A DNA stretch of 64,000 nt from Octopus sinensis (Eukaryota): the NCBI RefSeq assembly GCF_006345805.1, contig NC_043000.1:149544001-149608000 (forward strand), written 5' to 3'. How positions within the stretch are numbered: the stretch's first letter is position 1; each line of letters begins with the position of its first letter. Below, piece by piece: positions 12,918-24,610 of the stretch. Below the pieces are notes generated by a model. It ran no database searches. It worked only from the letters and a program-made list of their open reading frames with translations, and was not told the DNA's origin. The translations under genes were made by a program, and so were the position numbers.

Positions 12918-14465
12918 TACTTACCTTTATTCCGTTTTCCTTTGGTGGTCGTGGCGGGGAAGACCGCCTTCAATAAAGCCTCGTCTATTTCGTGTCTCGG
13001 ACCGAATATGTCCTCAGGGTATGCGCATTTGCTATATTGAAGTTCATCAGTCCATGTTGTATATCTCAACATTTTTGTTGAGTACCTTATGCGTTTTTAT
13101 TTTTTTCGCTATTGGTTATCTTTTATTTTTTTTGTTAGGCTATCATTCGATTTGTTTATTGCAACAAATACTGTCTTGTGTTCGAATTCTTTTTTCGGGT
13201 TTGGGTTTGTGGGTGTGATGGGGAGGACCCCGGGGAGTATGATGGGGAGGAACACGAGGAGGGGGTTGAAATGGAGGGGTAATGCTCGGCACTGAGGGGT
13301 GGGGGTGGATTGGGTGGGGCTTCTCTTTTTGTGGGGAACCGTGGTTGGGTGGGGATGGTTTTCCCCCCTGAGAGTTTGATTTCTTTTTGATTGTGCCAGG
13401 GTTGGTTGGGTTTGTGTCCGCATTCTTTCTCTTTGGCGTTTTCTTTCGCCTCACCGTTGTGAAGTCGTTCTCTTCTTCTTCTTCCGTTTTTTTCTCTGCT
13501 TCTTCTTCTGTCTTTTTTCTTTCTTCCTCTTTCTTGCTGGTGGGGCATTCCATACGGATGTGACCTATCTCGCCACATCCGTAGCAACGTGGCTTTCGCC
13601 CCTCCACCACCACCCGCAAGTTAATTTCTTCCCCGAATTGTATTCCTTCTGGAACTTCCTCCAGTGCCTCCGGGGTCGCTTGCACCACCACGTGCAATGC
13701 TTGTCCTCTCCAGTTTTCCTTTATCACTCTTCTGATGTTTATCACAGTTATTTTCTCTTCCAGCCCCATTAACAGTGCTGGAAGCAACCACCTCACGTCG
13801 ACCTGTGGCGGCACGTCTCCACTCTGATTTTTGAGGTTCTCCTCCCTAAATACGAGGGTAATAATATTATTTCCTCCGTCTTATTGGTGTTAGGGAGTGT
13901 TTTTTGGCCGTTTCTTCATTTCTGAAGTGCACCTCTATTGTTGCAAACTTTCTCCCCCACGTAACGTAGTCTATATCGCTCCACACTGGTTTAAGGCATT
14001 TCTCAGCTTGGTCTTTGGTTATCCTTTCAATTTTCTTTTCTTTTATTACATAGGATTTATAATTATCGTCTTTTCTCGTTTTTGTTCCTCTTTAATTGTT
14101 TGTGGGAGGGCAGCTATCGCGTTATTTCCCTCCTTTTTAAACATTTTTAAAAACTTTTCATACTCCACCTCCTCCATCTTTATTTCCTCTGTCTTCCTAC
14201 CAGCAGCGGCAGCGAAGTTAAACATTTTGGTTTTTTCACTTGGTTTGGAACCTTCACACACATTTGCTGATTTCTCAGCTTCGTTGGAAGTCAACCCTTC
14301 CGCGACTTTAGCCGTTTTCACAGCTTTTTTAACCGGCGAACCTTCATTCACTTTTGCTGTTTTCACAGCTTCATTGGAAGTCACACCTTCCGCAATTTTA
14401 GCTTCTTCAACAATTTTCACATTTTTTTGTGTAGGCAAACCTACTACATCATCATTTTTAGACAT
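12917..14465 (-). pseudogene. Unit C ORF1 (CCHC: CYGCGEIGHIRMEC), frameshifted
   Basis: ORFs 14046-14528, 13143-13814 and 13109-13423 are homologous to the A/B ORF1. The last frame ends ...KGKRNKGK-stop, overlapping the ORF2 ATG (TAATG). Confidence 0.82.
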
Positions 14466-14731
14466 TTTTGAACAAGTATTTTTGTTCAATTTTCCGTGGA
14501 ATGTGTGTGTTTTTTCCGTGTGTTTCAATATACAGCAGTTCCCCTCCGTGAGGAGGGGAAAACAAAGTTTTCCTGGTTCAAAACCAGCAACAGTTCAAAC
14601 AATTTTTTAACAAGACAATTTAAACAGGTTTTAACACAAATTCAACAACAATATTTCACTGACAAAAAAAAACTCACGTGGTGAAAGTTCAGTTTTGGGT
14701 ATCGATAAATAAGTGTCATCATATAACATCC

Positions 14732-15368
14732 TTATTTCTTTATTACCCACTAGGGGCGACATAGAGTACACATACAATCACGAATGATGAAACAATTATG
14801 AACATTTGGGGTCGGTTAAAAATCGAAAATGAATAATAAATCGAATGATTACACAAAGACAATTAACAAAATTACAAATGCAGTGGGCGGTCCGCGACCC
14901 CATGCTCCCGCCACGACACTTAGCCTTGTGGTTTCCTTTTTCTTCCTATCTCGCATTTGTGAGGGATCTTTTACTCTCCACTTTTTCCATCTTTCATCAA
15001 ACACTTTCTTACTCAGGCTCCTTCTCTCCAGTTCTATATGTCTTTTCAGGTGGAATTTAAAATTTCCACCAGACCTGAACCAGAGATGAAGTCGCCTGTT
15101 ATCATCCCTTTCATCCTTGTCTTCATACTACCTGTTTCGCAGTTGAAACCACGGCGAGAAAACAAAACTTACCTTCTTTCGTTAAGAAATCAGGTGGGCT
15201 GATTTTTACAATAGATTCGGCTGATAGCTGTACTCTTCGTTCACCTGACATTAGTTGTTCGGCACAATCCCACATATCTTTCACCCCCGAACACTGCACG
15301 ATCGCGTGCGAGACGGTTTCCCGTTCTCGCCCACATCTCGTACAGGTCGGGCTGACTTGGCAACCGTG
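14732..15368 (-). mobile_element. 5'-truncated Tx1 copy (unit E), near-identical to the 3' ~640 bp of unit C
   Basis: 14732-15368 repeats 9302-~9945 almost base for base, differing mainly by 1-nt indels. Confidence 0.92.
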
Positions 15369-15424
15369 GACAGGAACTGAAACAAATCAATCGTATATAT
15401 ATGTATATATGTAAGTGTATGTGT

Positions 15425-18128
15425 TTTAGTATTGGCAACATGAATGACAATGGCCAGAGACTACTTGAATTTTGCACATACCATAACCTGTGCATCACCA
15501 ATACATTCTTTCCCAACAAGACATCCCACAAGGCATCTTGGAGACATCCAAGATCTCACCACTGGCATCAGTTGGATCTCATCATTACACGAAGATCCTT
15601 TCTGAATTCTGTTCAACTGACCCGTAGCGCGGATTGTGACACAGATCATTCACTAATAAGAAGGGTGAGGATTCTGCCTAAAAAGTCCATCACTCCAAGA
15701 AAATGAGCCAACCACGCATTAACACTGCCAGAACCTCGGACCCTACACTGCGACAATGTTTTGCTGTTTCTATCAAGGTTGCCCTCAGTAGCTGCCCAAC
15801 CTCCTCTGCTGAAAGTAGGTGGAATTATATCAGGGAAGCTTCGTATACCACATCAATAGATACTTTCGGAATGAGAGAAAGGTAAAACCCAGATTTTGTT
15901 CAGTGCTGGGCTCTCAGAGCTGGAAACAGTTATCGAAGCAAAGCGTGCAGCTCTGATGCAATACAAGAGTGTTTCTTCTACAAAGTCACTCGAAGAACTC
16001 AGAAAGGCAAGAAATAAAACCCAACTCACTGCCAGACGCTGTGCAAATGGGTATTGACAGGAAATCTGTCAGAGTATCCAGTCTGCTGCTGACAGTGGCG
16101 ACACCCGTGGGATGTATGCCGGTTTGAAGAAGGCCCTCGGTCCATCCGCAACCACCTCAGCCCCTCTGAAATCAACTACTGGAGATCTCATCAAGGACCA
16201 AAGCAAGCAAATGGATACATGGATGGAGTACTACCAGGATCTCTACTCACGAGAGGTAGCTGAGGCTGCAATCGAGGGTGTCAAGATCTTGCCAGTCATG
16301 TGTGAACTTGACAGTCTGCCATCTATAGCAGAGCTCACCAAATCTATTGACTCCCTAGCAAGTAACAAGGCTCCGGGAAAAGACGGCATCCCCTTAGAGA
16401 TCATCAAAACCGGCAAAAACATCATCCTGCTTCGGCATATTCATGAGCTTCTGTGTCAGTGCTGGTTAGAGGGTACAGTCCCTCAGAATATGCGGGATGC
16501 TAACATCATTACGCTTTACAAAAATAAAAGTGACCGTGATGATTGTAACAATTACCGTGGAATATCTCTTCTAAGCACAGTTGGAAAGGCCTCTACTCGC
16601 AGTATCCTGTCCAGGCTGCAACTAATTGCTTCTCGAATTTATCCAGAATCGCGGTGTGGCTTTAGAAGAAGCAGATCAACTATTGACATGATATTCTCCA
16701 TACGCCAACTTCAGAAGTCCAGAGAGCAGAACATGCCATTATATATGGCCTTCATTGATCTGACAAAGGGCTTTGACTTGGTAAGTAGAAAAGGCCTCTT
16801 CATCCTGCTCCAAAAAATCGGATGTTCACCAAAGCTGCTGAGGATCATCAAATCATTCCATGCTAATATGCAAGGCACCATACAGCACAATGGTTCAACA
16901 TCAGCCGCCTTCCAAATAAAAAATGGGGTAGAGCAAGGTTGTGTCCTTGCTCCTACATTATTTGGCATCTTCTCGCTGCTGCTGTCACATGCCTTTGAGA
17001 CATCAGATGATGGAGTGTTTCTGCACAGTAGAAGTGATGGGAAACTGTTCAATCTCTCGCGTCTGCGTGCCAAGACCAAAATCTCAGAAGCATCCTGATC
17101 AAGGAGATGCTATTTGCTGATGATGCCGCTCTGGTATCACACACAGAAGAAGCCCTACGAAGGCTCAGCAACTGTTTTGAGCAAGCATTTGGCAACTTTG
17201 GCTTAGTTATCAGCCTCAAGAAGACCAACATCATGGGTCAGGCTACATCGGACATCCCAAACATACATATTGGAGACCACAGAGTATAGGTGGTGGAGAA
17301 GTTTACCTATCTTGGCTCTACCGTCACCTACAACCTATCCCTTGATGCTGAGCTCAATATACGCATTGGCAAGGCAGCTGCTGTGATGGCCCAACTCACC
17401 AAACGCGCATGGGACAACAATAAGCTGACCAAGACCACAAAAATGAAGATTTACCAGGCATGTGTACTTAGCACTCTACTGTATGACTTTGACGCCATAC
17501 ACACGCCATACGACGCCATACGTCGCCTAAATATCTTTCACCTGCGCTGTCTCCGGAAAATCCATCGCATCAAATGGCGGAATCATGTCCCTAACAAAGA
17601 TGTCCTCAAGCAAGCAGGAATACCAAGCATGTTTGCACTCTTCACACAAAGACGTATGAGATGGCTTGGACATGTTAGCCGTATGGAAGATGGCAGAATC
17701 CCCAAGGACATACTCAACGGAGAGCTTGCTAGGGGCACTAGGTCTGTGGGAAGACTGTTCTTACGATACAAGGATGTTTGCAAAAGGGACATGAATGCCT
17801 GCAACATCAATATTACCAACTGGGAAGCAGTTGCCAGCAACCGTGGAGATTGGCGACGTACCGTAAAAGAGGGAACACAAAGGAGTGACATAGTGAGAAA
17901 GGAGAAATGGAAAGACGAGAAAAGACGTCAACAAGAAACTATGACATTACAACCAGTCAGGCAAAGTCTTCGCTACATTTACGGCACCTGCCAGAGGGAG
18001 TGTTTGTCCCGGATAGGACTACACAGCCACAGCAAGAGATGTATTAGGACATGAAATGTAAAAGCCGGACTAGATTATTTTATGCGCAACTCCATTGTCT
18101 CCCGAGACAAAAAGGATGCCAACAACAA
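15425..18128 (+). mobile_element. 5'-truncated RTE-clade (BovB-like) LINE, degraded
   Basis: Partial APE (GNMNDNGQRLLEFC), RT (NNYRGISLLS, QGCVLAPTLF, LFADD), RTE-type C-terminus (RRMRWLGHVSRM) and 3' end GTCTCCCGAGACAAAAAGGATGC-(CAA)n. Confidence 0.9.
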
Positions 18129-18184
18129 TATATATGGATTTCGTAGACAGGAACTGTAACAAATAAATCGTATATATATGTATG

Positions 18185-18461
18185 TAGCTTTTTACATTCT
18201 GAGATTTAATAATACATTTTAGAGAGTTACTTCCCTTATATAAACCGAGCGAAACTGCATTAAAAATGCGGAAAAAATTATGGTAATTTTCTTTTTTAAT
18301 CGTAAACTCATCGTAGACGTGCGCTAATACCCAGAAGGGTTTGATATGAATCACAACTATAAGATACCCGGTTTTGGTTAAACTGCACTGCAAAATGTGG
18401 GAGTAGTTAGGAATCTAAATCGTAGGAGACAGACACACAACCTCTCTTTTATATATAAAGA
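18185..18461 (+). mobile_element. 3' part of a Helitron-like non-autonomous repeat (copy 1)
   Basis: Near-identical to 19725-20004 and related to 63842-64000. Ends in the TTTTATATATAAAGAT terminus shared by the ACTAGC...TATATAGAT family. The classification is inferred. Confidence 0.55.
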
Positions 18462-18499
18462 TAAACTCAAAGAGCAACTAGAAAGTGAAAGTAGTATCT

Positions 18500-18900
18500 A
18501 ACTTAGGATGTCTCAGAGATAGTGGTGGCAATGGTGTTGGAGGTGGTAGATGTGGTTATCATGGCAGCGGTGGTGGTGGTGGTGTAGTGGTGACAGTGGA
18601 TGTGTATGATGGCAGCAATTATAGTGTTGGTGTTTTTGTAGAGGTGGTGGTGGTGGCGGCGGCAGTGGATGATAATGATAATGATGATGATAGTAGTAGT
18701 AGCATTGATTATGTTAGGATGTCTCATGGATGGTAGTGTTGAAGACATTGCAGAGTGTAGTGGTGGTGAAATTGGTGATTTTGAATATGATGCTGGTATT
18801 GGTCTTGGGGTTGTGGTGGTGGCATTGGAGGTTGTAGTAATGGTTGTAGTGGTGGTTGTGAAGATGATTCTGATATTGATAGTCTTTGCATTGAGGTGGT
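18500..18900. repeat. Degenerate (GGT/GAT/AGT)n low-complexity tract
   Basis: Direct reading. It accounts for the Val/Gly-rich and Thr/His-rich spurious ORFs. Confidence 0.85.
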
Positions 18901-19137
18901 GGCAGAGTCAGAGTAAATAATAAGAGCCCAGTTAACACAAGATTCTTAAAGTTCGGAGATCATAAGATAGAGAGCAAGAAGTTAAAAGTTCCAATACCGG
19001 CCCAATACCTACACCCCGGATTCTTCAACTATTTTATAAGAAAGGGGTTAATGGCAGGATAGGGATTCAGCTTTAAAATAAATTGTATAACAAAAAATAC
19101 ATAAATAAATTACTGCTCCAACGATGTAATTTTAGTA

Positions 19138-19161
19138 TGTGTGTATGTATGTATGTATGTA

Positions 19162-19214
<53 letters not shown>
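19138..19214. repeat. (TATG)n(TG)n microsatellite
   Basis: Direct reading. Confidence 0.95.
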
Positions 19215-19216
<2 letters not shown>

Positions 19217-19724
19217 GCAATGCAAACAATGGAAAATAATTTAAACACTCATTTTCTGATTTCTAAGGATGGATATTTATGCGTATGAATCTTTTTATTT
19301 TTATTTTCTTTCAAATATAATTCTAGGGAACTGAAAAAGCTGTGTACGATGCCAAGCGAATTTAGCTGTTTACGATGAGCGGATGTTTACGTCACAAACG
19401 AATCTGTAGGTCTGTTTACATGTTTACGTTAAGTACGTCACAAAATAGCTAATAACGTCACAGTAACAATATTTTGAGAGGCAGTAAATAATATGAAGTC
19501 GAAAGAAAGAATACCATTGGTTAAAATTCGAATTATTAAACAACGTTAAACTTAGAAATTACAATTCCGTTTTCATTTTGGTTTACAATTATGTTTTCTT
19601 TTGACACATTCTACCAGTATACGAAGTTTCAAATTGTTTAGTTAACTAGGAAAATCTGGCCTTCAAACTGAAAAGATCCTAATAGCCATCTCAATATGGC
19701 TAACCATAAAGGGGGGGGGTTGTT

Positions 19725-20004
19725 ACTGTGGCTTTTTACGTTCTGAGATTTAATAATAAATTCTTAGAGAGTTACTTCCCTTATATATGCCAAAATGCAT
19801 AAAAAAATGGGAAAAATTGATGGCTAAATTTTTTTTAAATCGTAGACTCATCGTAGACGTGCGCTAATACCCAGAAGGGCTCGATATGAATCACGACTAT
19901 AAGATACCCGGTTTTGGTTAAACTGCACCGCAAAATGTGGGAGTAGTTAGGAATCTAAATCGTAGGAAACAGACAGCACACAACCTCTCTTTTATATATA
20001 AAGA
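19725..20004 (+). mobile_element. 3' part of a Helitron-like non-autonomous repeat (copy 2)
   Basis: Direct repeat of 18185-18461. Confidence 0.55.
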
Positions 20005-20009
20005 TGTAT

Positions 20010-20224
20010 AGTTGTGGTGTTGGGGGTGCTGGTGGTGCTGGTGGTGCTAGAGGTGGTGTTGGCGGTGCTAGTGGTGCTTTTGGTGTTGGTGGTGCTAGTG
20101 GCGCTGGTGATGCTAGGTGCTGGTAGTGCTAGTGGTGGCGGTGATGCTTGTGGTGCTAAAGTTGCTAGTGGTGTTATTATTATATTATTATTATTATTAT
20201 TATATTATTATTATTATTATTATT

Positions 20225-20260
<36 letters not shown>

Positions 20261-20292
20261 ATTATTATTATCATTATCATTATTATTATTAT
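20010..20292. repeat. (GGTGCT)-like tract followed by (ATT)n/(GTT)n
   Basis: Direct reading. Confidence 0.9.
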
Positions 20293-21697
20293 TACTTTTA
20301 ATCTGCCGTGACACACCCAGCATCCTGGGGCGAGTGAAGGGTAAGAGGTGTTACAATATGACTGAAAGCTTCGGGAGGGGAGGTAGTGAAATATCTTCAT
20401 GTAATACAACACATACATTTAAATGTATGGGTTTTTTTCTAAGGATGTGGGCAGTACTTGTCAGCATAATCTTTTGGATTTCTCTGAGACATGGTTCTCC
20501 TGGGATCTTATCTAGTTGTTCTGACATCCCTTTTTTTATCATACCTAGGGCACCAACAATAACAGGAACAGTTCTCGTTTTAAGATGCCACATCTTTTGT
20601 ATTTCAATTTCCAGGTGCTTATATTTACTTAGTTTGTCAAATTCCTTGACAGATATATATTTATCAGTGGAAACACTTACATCTATTAGTCTACAAGTAT
20701 TTTCTTCCCTGTCTTTAATAATTATGTCTGGTCGATTAGTCTTAATCGTTCTTTTAGTGTTGACTGGAAAATTCCAGAGGATGGTGATATTTTTATCTTC
20801 AACGACTGCCTCAGGATGCTGTTCCTACTAGTAAGTAAGAACACTGATTTTGTACTGTTTACATACTTTCTAATGTAAATACTCTCTTACCTTATCGTGG
20901 CGATTTTTGTATTCGCTTGGTGTCAGCACAGAACATCCCGAGACGAATGTGTCGCAGAATCTGCATTTGGGATCAGAACCGTTTTGAAGAACGTTAGCCT
21001 GGTAGTTTTTTTGTGAGCAAGCTATGGTCTTATGCCGCCAATATGAAACCTTCAGTTTCTGCTTTCAGTCCGGAACTTCTTACTCACTGATGGATTGTTG
21101 CTTGATCTACATCAGCATTTCGACTTCGAAGTACTGTCATTGCAGAGGCTTCTGGCTCCACCGCTCTTCAATTTATTTCTGCCCGTTCTTTTTTGCAGTC
21201 TGTTTGATCCATTTTGCTTGTTTTGTGGCAGTGGTTCCAGGTTCTTCAACAATTTTAGGGTTTAATGCCAAATTCCCTTGCGAATTTGCAAGCTTCTTTG
21301 ACAATTGAATGTGACCTTTTGCTGCTTTCGTGTTTGCACACAAGTCGTAGCGTCCACTCCTCTGTTCTAGACAAGTACCTGCTCATTGCTGTTGGGGAGG
21401 TCTTATAGCACAGTTCTACCTGCATCAATCATCTTCCTTCATTACTTCTAGATAGGTACAGACGAGTGATATCTGCTTTTGGGCGGTGCATGTTCTTAGA
21501 AGTTAATATTTTTCTTGTCTTCCTGTCCAGGTGTTGGAGCTCTGTAAGATTCCAGTTAATGATGTTAAACTATATTGGACTACTGGAAGTGCCAAGGCAT
21601 TAATGGCTTCGATGCGATTTTTAGAGTTGAGTTCAGTTTTTAGTATGAGTCTTATTCTCTTGTAATATTCTTTTCTTATTTTTTCCTTCGTAGCAGC
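20293..21697 (-). mobile_element. R4/Dong-type LINE 3' fragment (restriction-like endonuclease), degraded
   Basis: MWHLKTRTVPVIVGALGMIKK...EIQKIMLTSTAHILRK is the conserved C-terminus of RLE-type LINEs. The 3' end abuts (TAA)n. Confidence 0.8.
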
Positions 21698-21711
21698 ATG
21701 TTTTATACCAT

Positions 21712-21713
<2 letters not shown>

Positions 21714-21784
<71 letters not shown>

Positions 21785-21813
21785 TATTATTATTATATTA
21801 TATTATTATTATT

Positions 21814-21863
<50 letters not shown>

Positions 21864-21955
21864 TATTATTATTATTATTATTATTATACTACTACTACTA
21901 CTACTACTACTACTATTATTATATATTATTATTATTATTATCATTATTATTATTA

Positions 21956-21986
<31 letters not shown>
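21714..21986. repeat. Compound (ATT)n/(ATC)n/(ACT)n microsatellite
   Basis: Direct reading. Confidence 0.95.
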
Positions 21987-21987
<1 letters not shown>

Positions 21988-23398
21988 TCTCTTTATCATA
22001 GGTTATGTTGGAGCTCCTGGAGCCTCACACTCGTAGCAGGCTTGCTACCTGCAGCCTACGGTATCATGCTATCCATTCTTTTCAGCTATCTAATACTTTC
22101 CTGATTATTCTGGCCGTGCCAAGGAGGCAAACCCTTTGTAATAGATCTACTGGGCACTTTATTCCAATTTCCTTTGTATTCCCCTTAGAATATTGATCCC
22201 AAGGACCCAACAATAATTGGCACCATCTTCACCTTCTTCGTTTTCCATAGTCGAGCTATTTCGTACTTAAGACGGTTGTATTTATCTAGATTTTCGCCTT
22301 CCTTCTTGACTATTCGTGAGTCAAAGGGGCCTGCAACATCAATTATATAGCATACGTGGTGCATCTTGTCCACTACCACTAGGGCCGGTCTGTTATGCTC
22401 TAGTACCTGATCTGTTTGGATTTTGCAAGTCTCCGACTCCACCCGACTCCACCACTCTCTGTGGATTGTACTGATACCCCGTCTTGCCTCTCTCTCTAGA
22501 CCCCACTTTTCGCACAGTTTCCAATGTAGCACTTTCGCTACCTGGTCGTGTCGCCATAACTTGCAGTGGTTTCGGGGAAGTCTAGGGCACTCTTTCGTGA
22601 CATGGGCAATGGTTTCATCCACTCTATTGCAGATGCGGCACAACGGAGACACTTTCAAATTCCTAAAATTGACCCGCCAGTTCGTCAAATCTTGGTTCTG
22701 CACTGCCAGCATAGTGCTCTCTCTCTCTTTTTTTCTAGCATTCCTCTCATCAGCCAATGCTACCTACTTTTCCAGTAACTTCTGTTGTGGCTACATGGAA
22801 TTGATTGTATAGTCTCTTCTTGCGTCATTCTTCTTCATGTCCTTTTTGCACTTATCCCTTTGTTTTCTCCTTTTCTCAGCTTCCAATACTCCTTCGTTCC
22901 TAACTGTCAATAGCAAGAATTCCTTACTTTGGGCTAGGTATCTCATTAAACTCTCGAGTTCGATACGCAAGCAGTCTTCCACACTTATCCGCTTCCTTAA
23001 TTTGCTCTCTTCATGTATAGGCGTTCAGTGTCTTCACGTGGATGATGGGCTTCATGCATCGTTAGGAGCGTCGTGACTTTCTGTCCATCTCCTTTAGTTC
23101 CTCCTCTGTCCACTTCGGGATTCCAGCGCCATATCGAACTACTGCGACTGCGCGCGTGTTTATTGTCAAAATTATATTTCTGGCATTCAGCTTTGAAGTC
23201 AATATTTTTCTCACTCGCCGCAGGTACTCTTCTTTTGTCATTTCCTTCATGTGATTGTGTTTAATTCCATCTGCCTCAAGTATTCCCAGGTATTTATAAC
23301 TGGATTGAGGTTGAATTACCTTCATCCTTTCACCACTTAGCAACCATATTCCTTCTATTCTCAAAAGATTTCCTCGTCTCGTAACAATCGTAGGAAAT
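21987..23398 (-). mobile_element. R4/Dong-type LINE fragment (late RT, CCHC, PD-(D/E)xK endonuclease)
   Basis: CRICNRVDETIAHVTKEC, HNRPALVVVDK...IIDVAGPFD...EIARLW, YKYLGILE. The 3' end lies in (TAA)n. Confidence 0.85.
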
Positions 23399-24610
23399 TT
23401 AATCATCAATGTACTTTCCCTGATTATCTATGACTTCCTTCCGTCTATTTACAAGTTTTTTAATCCCATCAATGTAAAACTCTTTTGGTTTCAAAGTGAA
23501 GAACTCTGAACTGTCAGGTTCGACCTTCTCCTGGTTTGCGAGAGTTATGTCCCCTAAACAATTCTGTAAACTGCAAAACAAATGGTAGTCTGAAGGAGCA
23601 AGGTCAGGAGAATAAGGTGGAGAGGAATTTTTTCCCAACCATGCTCTTTGATCTTCTGTGATGTGTTCTTTGCACTGTGGGGTCGTGCATTGTCCTGATG
23701 AAACTTCACTCATTTACGATTCACTAAAGCAGATCTTATTTTTCTTCAAAGCTCGGTTCAAATGCTCTAATTGCTAACAGTAGACTTGAGCATTGATTGG
23801 TATATTAGGTGGTAACAATTCAAAGTGAATTACTCCTTTGCAATCCCACAAGATAGAGAGAAGAACTTTTTTTCTATGAAGTTCCCTTCTCGGTTGTGGT
23901 TGAGCCTTTTCCCTTTTACCAAGCCACTGTAACGAGGTTTAACATTTCGATAGAAGATCCATTTTTCGTCACCAGTCACAAATCTATCCAAAAAGGATGA
24001 AATGAGTTCGCAAGAATGGAGAGAAGAGCAGATGTCAACTCAGGATTTGCGGATGCTTTCGGACAATTCATGAGGCACCCATTTTCCAAGTTTAGGAAAC
24101 TTTCCAAGTTGTTGAAGATGACAATGAACATTTGTATGGTTTGAACTAAGCTTTATTTCTAATTCTTCAACTGATAATGCAAGATTTTCTTCAAGTAATG
24201 CCTGAAGAAGCTTATCATAAAACTCAACTGGACGTCCTGTTCGATCTTCATCTTCAAGGCTGAAATCTTTACTTCTGAATTTTGCAAACCATGTTCTGCA
24301 AGTTCTTTCATTCAAGCATTCTTCCCCATAAACTGAGTGTATATTTCGATTCGCTTTAGCTGCAGTTTCCTTTTTTGTACTCATAAAGCATTATGTGCCT
24401 CAAATGGTCTTTGGATACTTCCATGTTAGAAAGGGTTTTTATCAAAGAAATTTTAATTCTATTATTCTGTAAAATAATATTTAATTAGTTTAAATATACA
24501 CAAATGCATAAAAATAATTTTAAATTCCATTAGATATTCTAACATAATATTAAATTTCATTCAACTTAAAAAAAGGTAAAATCGGACAGAACTTATGGGA
24601 TGACCTGATA
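23399..24610 (-). mobile_element. Mariner (Tc1/mariner) DNA transposon relic with one TIR
   Basis: HTH N-terminus (TCRTWFAKFRS), WVPHEL and PPYSPDLAPSDYHLF motifs. Mariner-type TIR TATCAGGTCATCCCATAAGTTCTGTCCGATTTT at 24578-24610; no partner TIR found. Confidence 0.9.

Larger units (their letters stand above)
9302..14698 (-). mobile_element. Full-length Tx1-type LINE, unit C (divergent subfamily)
   Basis: Same domain order as A and B, but with clearly diverged proteins, a different ORF1 N-terminus and a different 3' UTR. Ends in GGGTAATAAAGAAATA. Confidence 0.92.

Noticed and set aside
2709-14610. Long plus-strand ORFs (2709-3221, 8593-9015, 13897-14610 and others) as antisense genes
   Set aside because: They are Phe/Ser/Leu-rich shadows of A-rich minus-strand ORF1 with no recognisable domains and are not conserved as ORFs between units.
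1-15368. Telomeric HeT-A/TART-like array
   Set aside because: No TTAGGG repeats are seen, and the 5' ends face ordinary interstitial DNA, the opposite of the polarity expected for end-healing arrays.
19380-19680. Inverted similarity with 28100-28265 as TIRs of one large element
   Set aside because: The copies are diverged, with no TSD and no transposase belonging to them. Two independent copies of a dispersed repeat is the simpler explanation.
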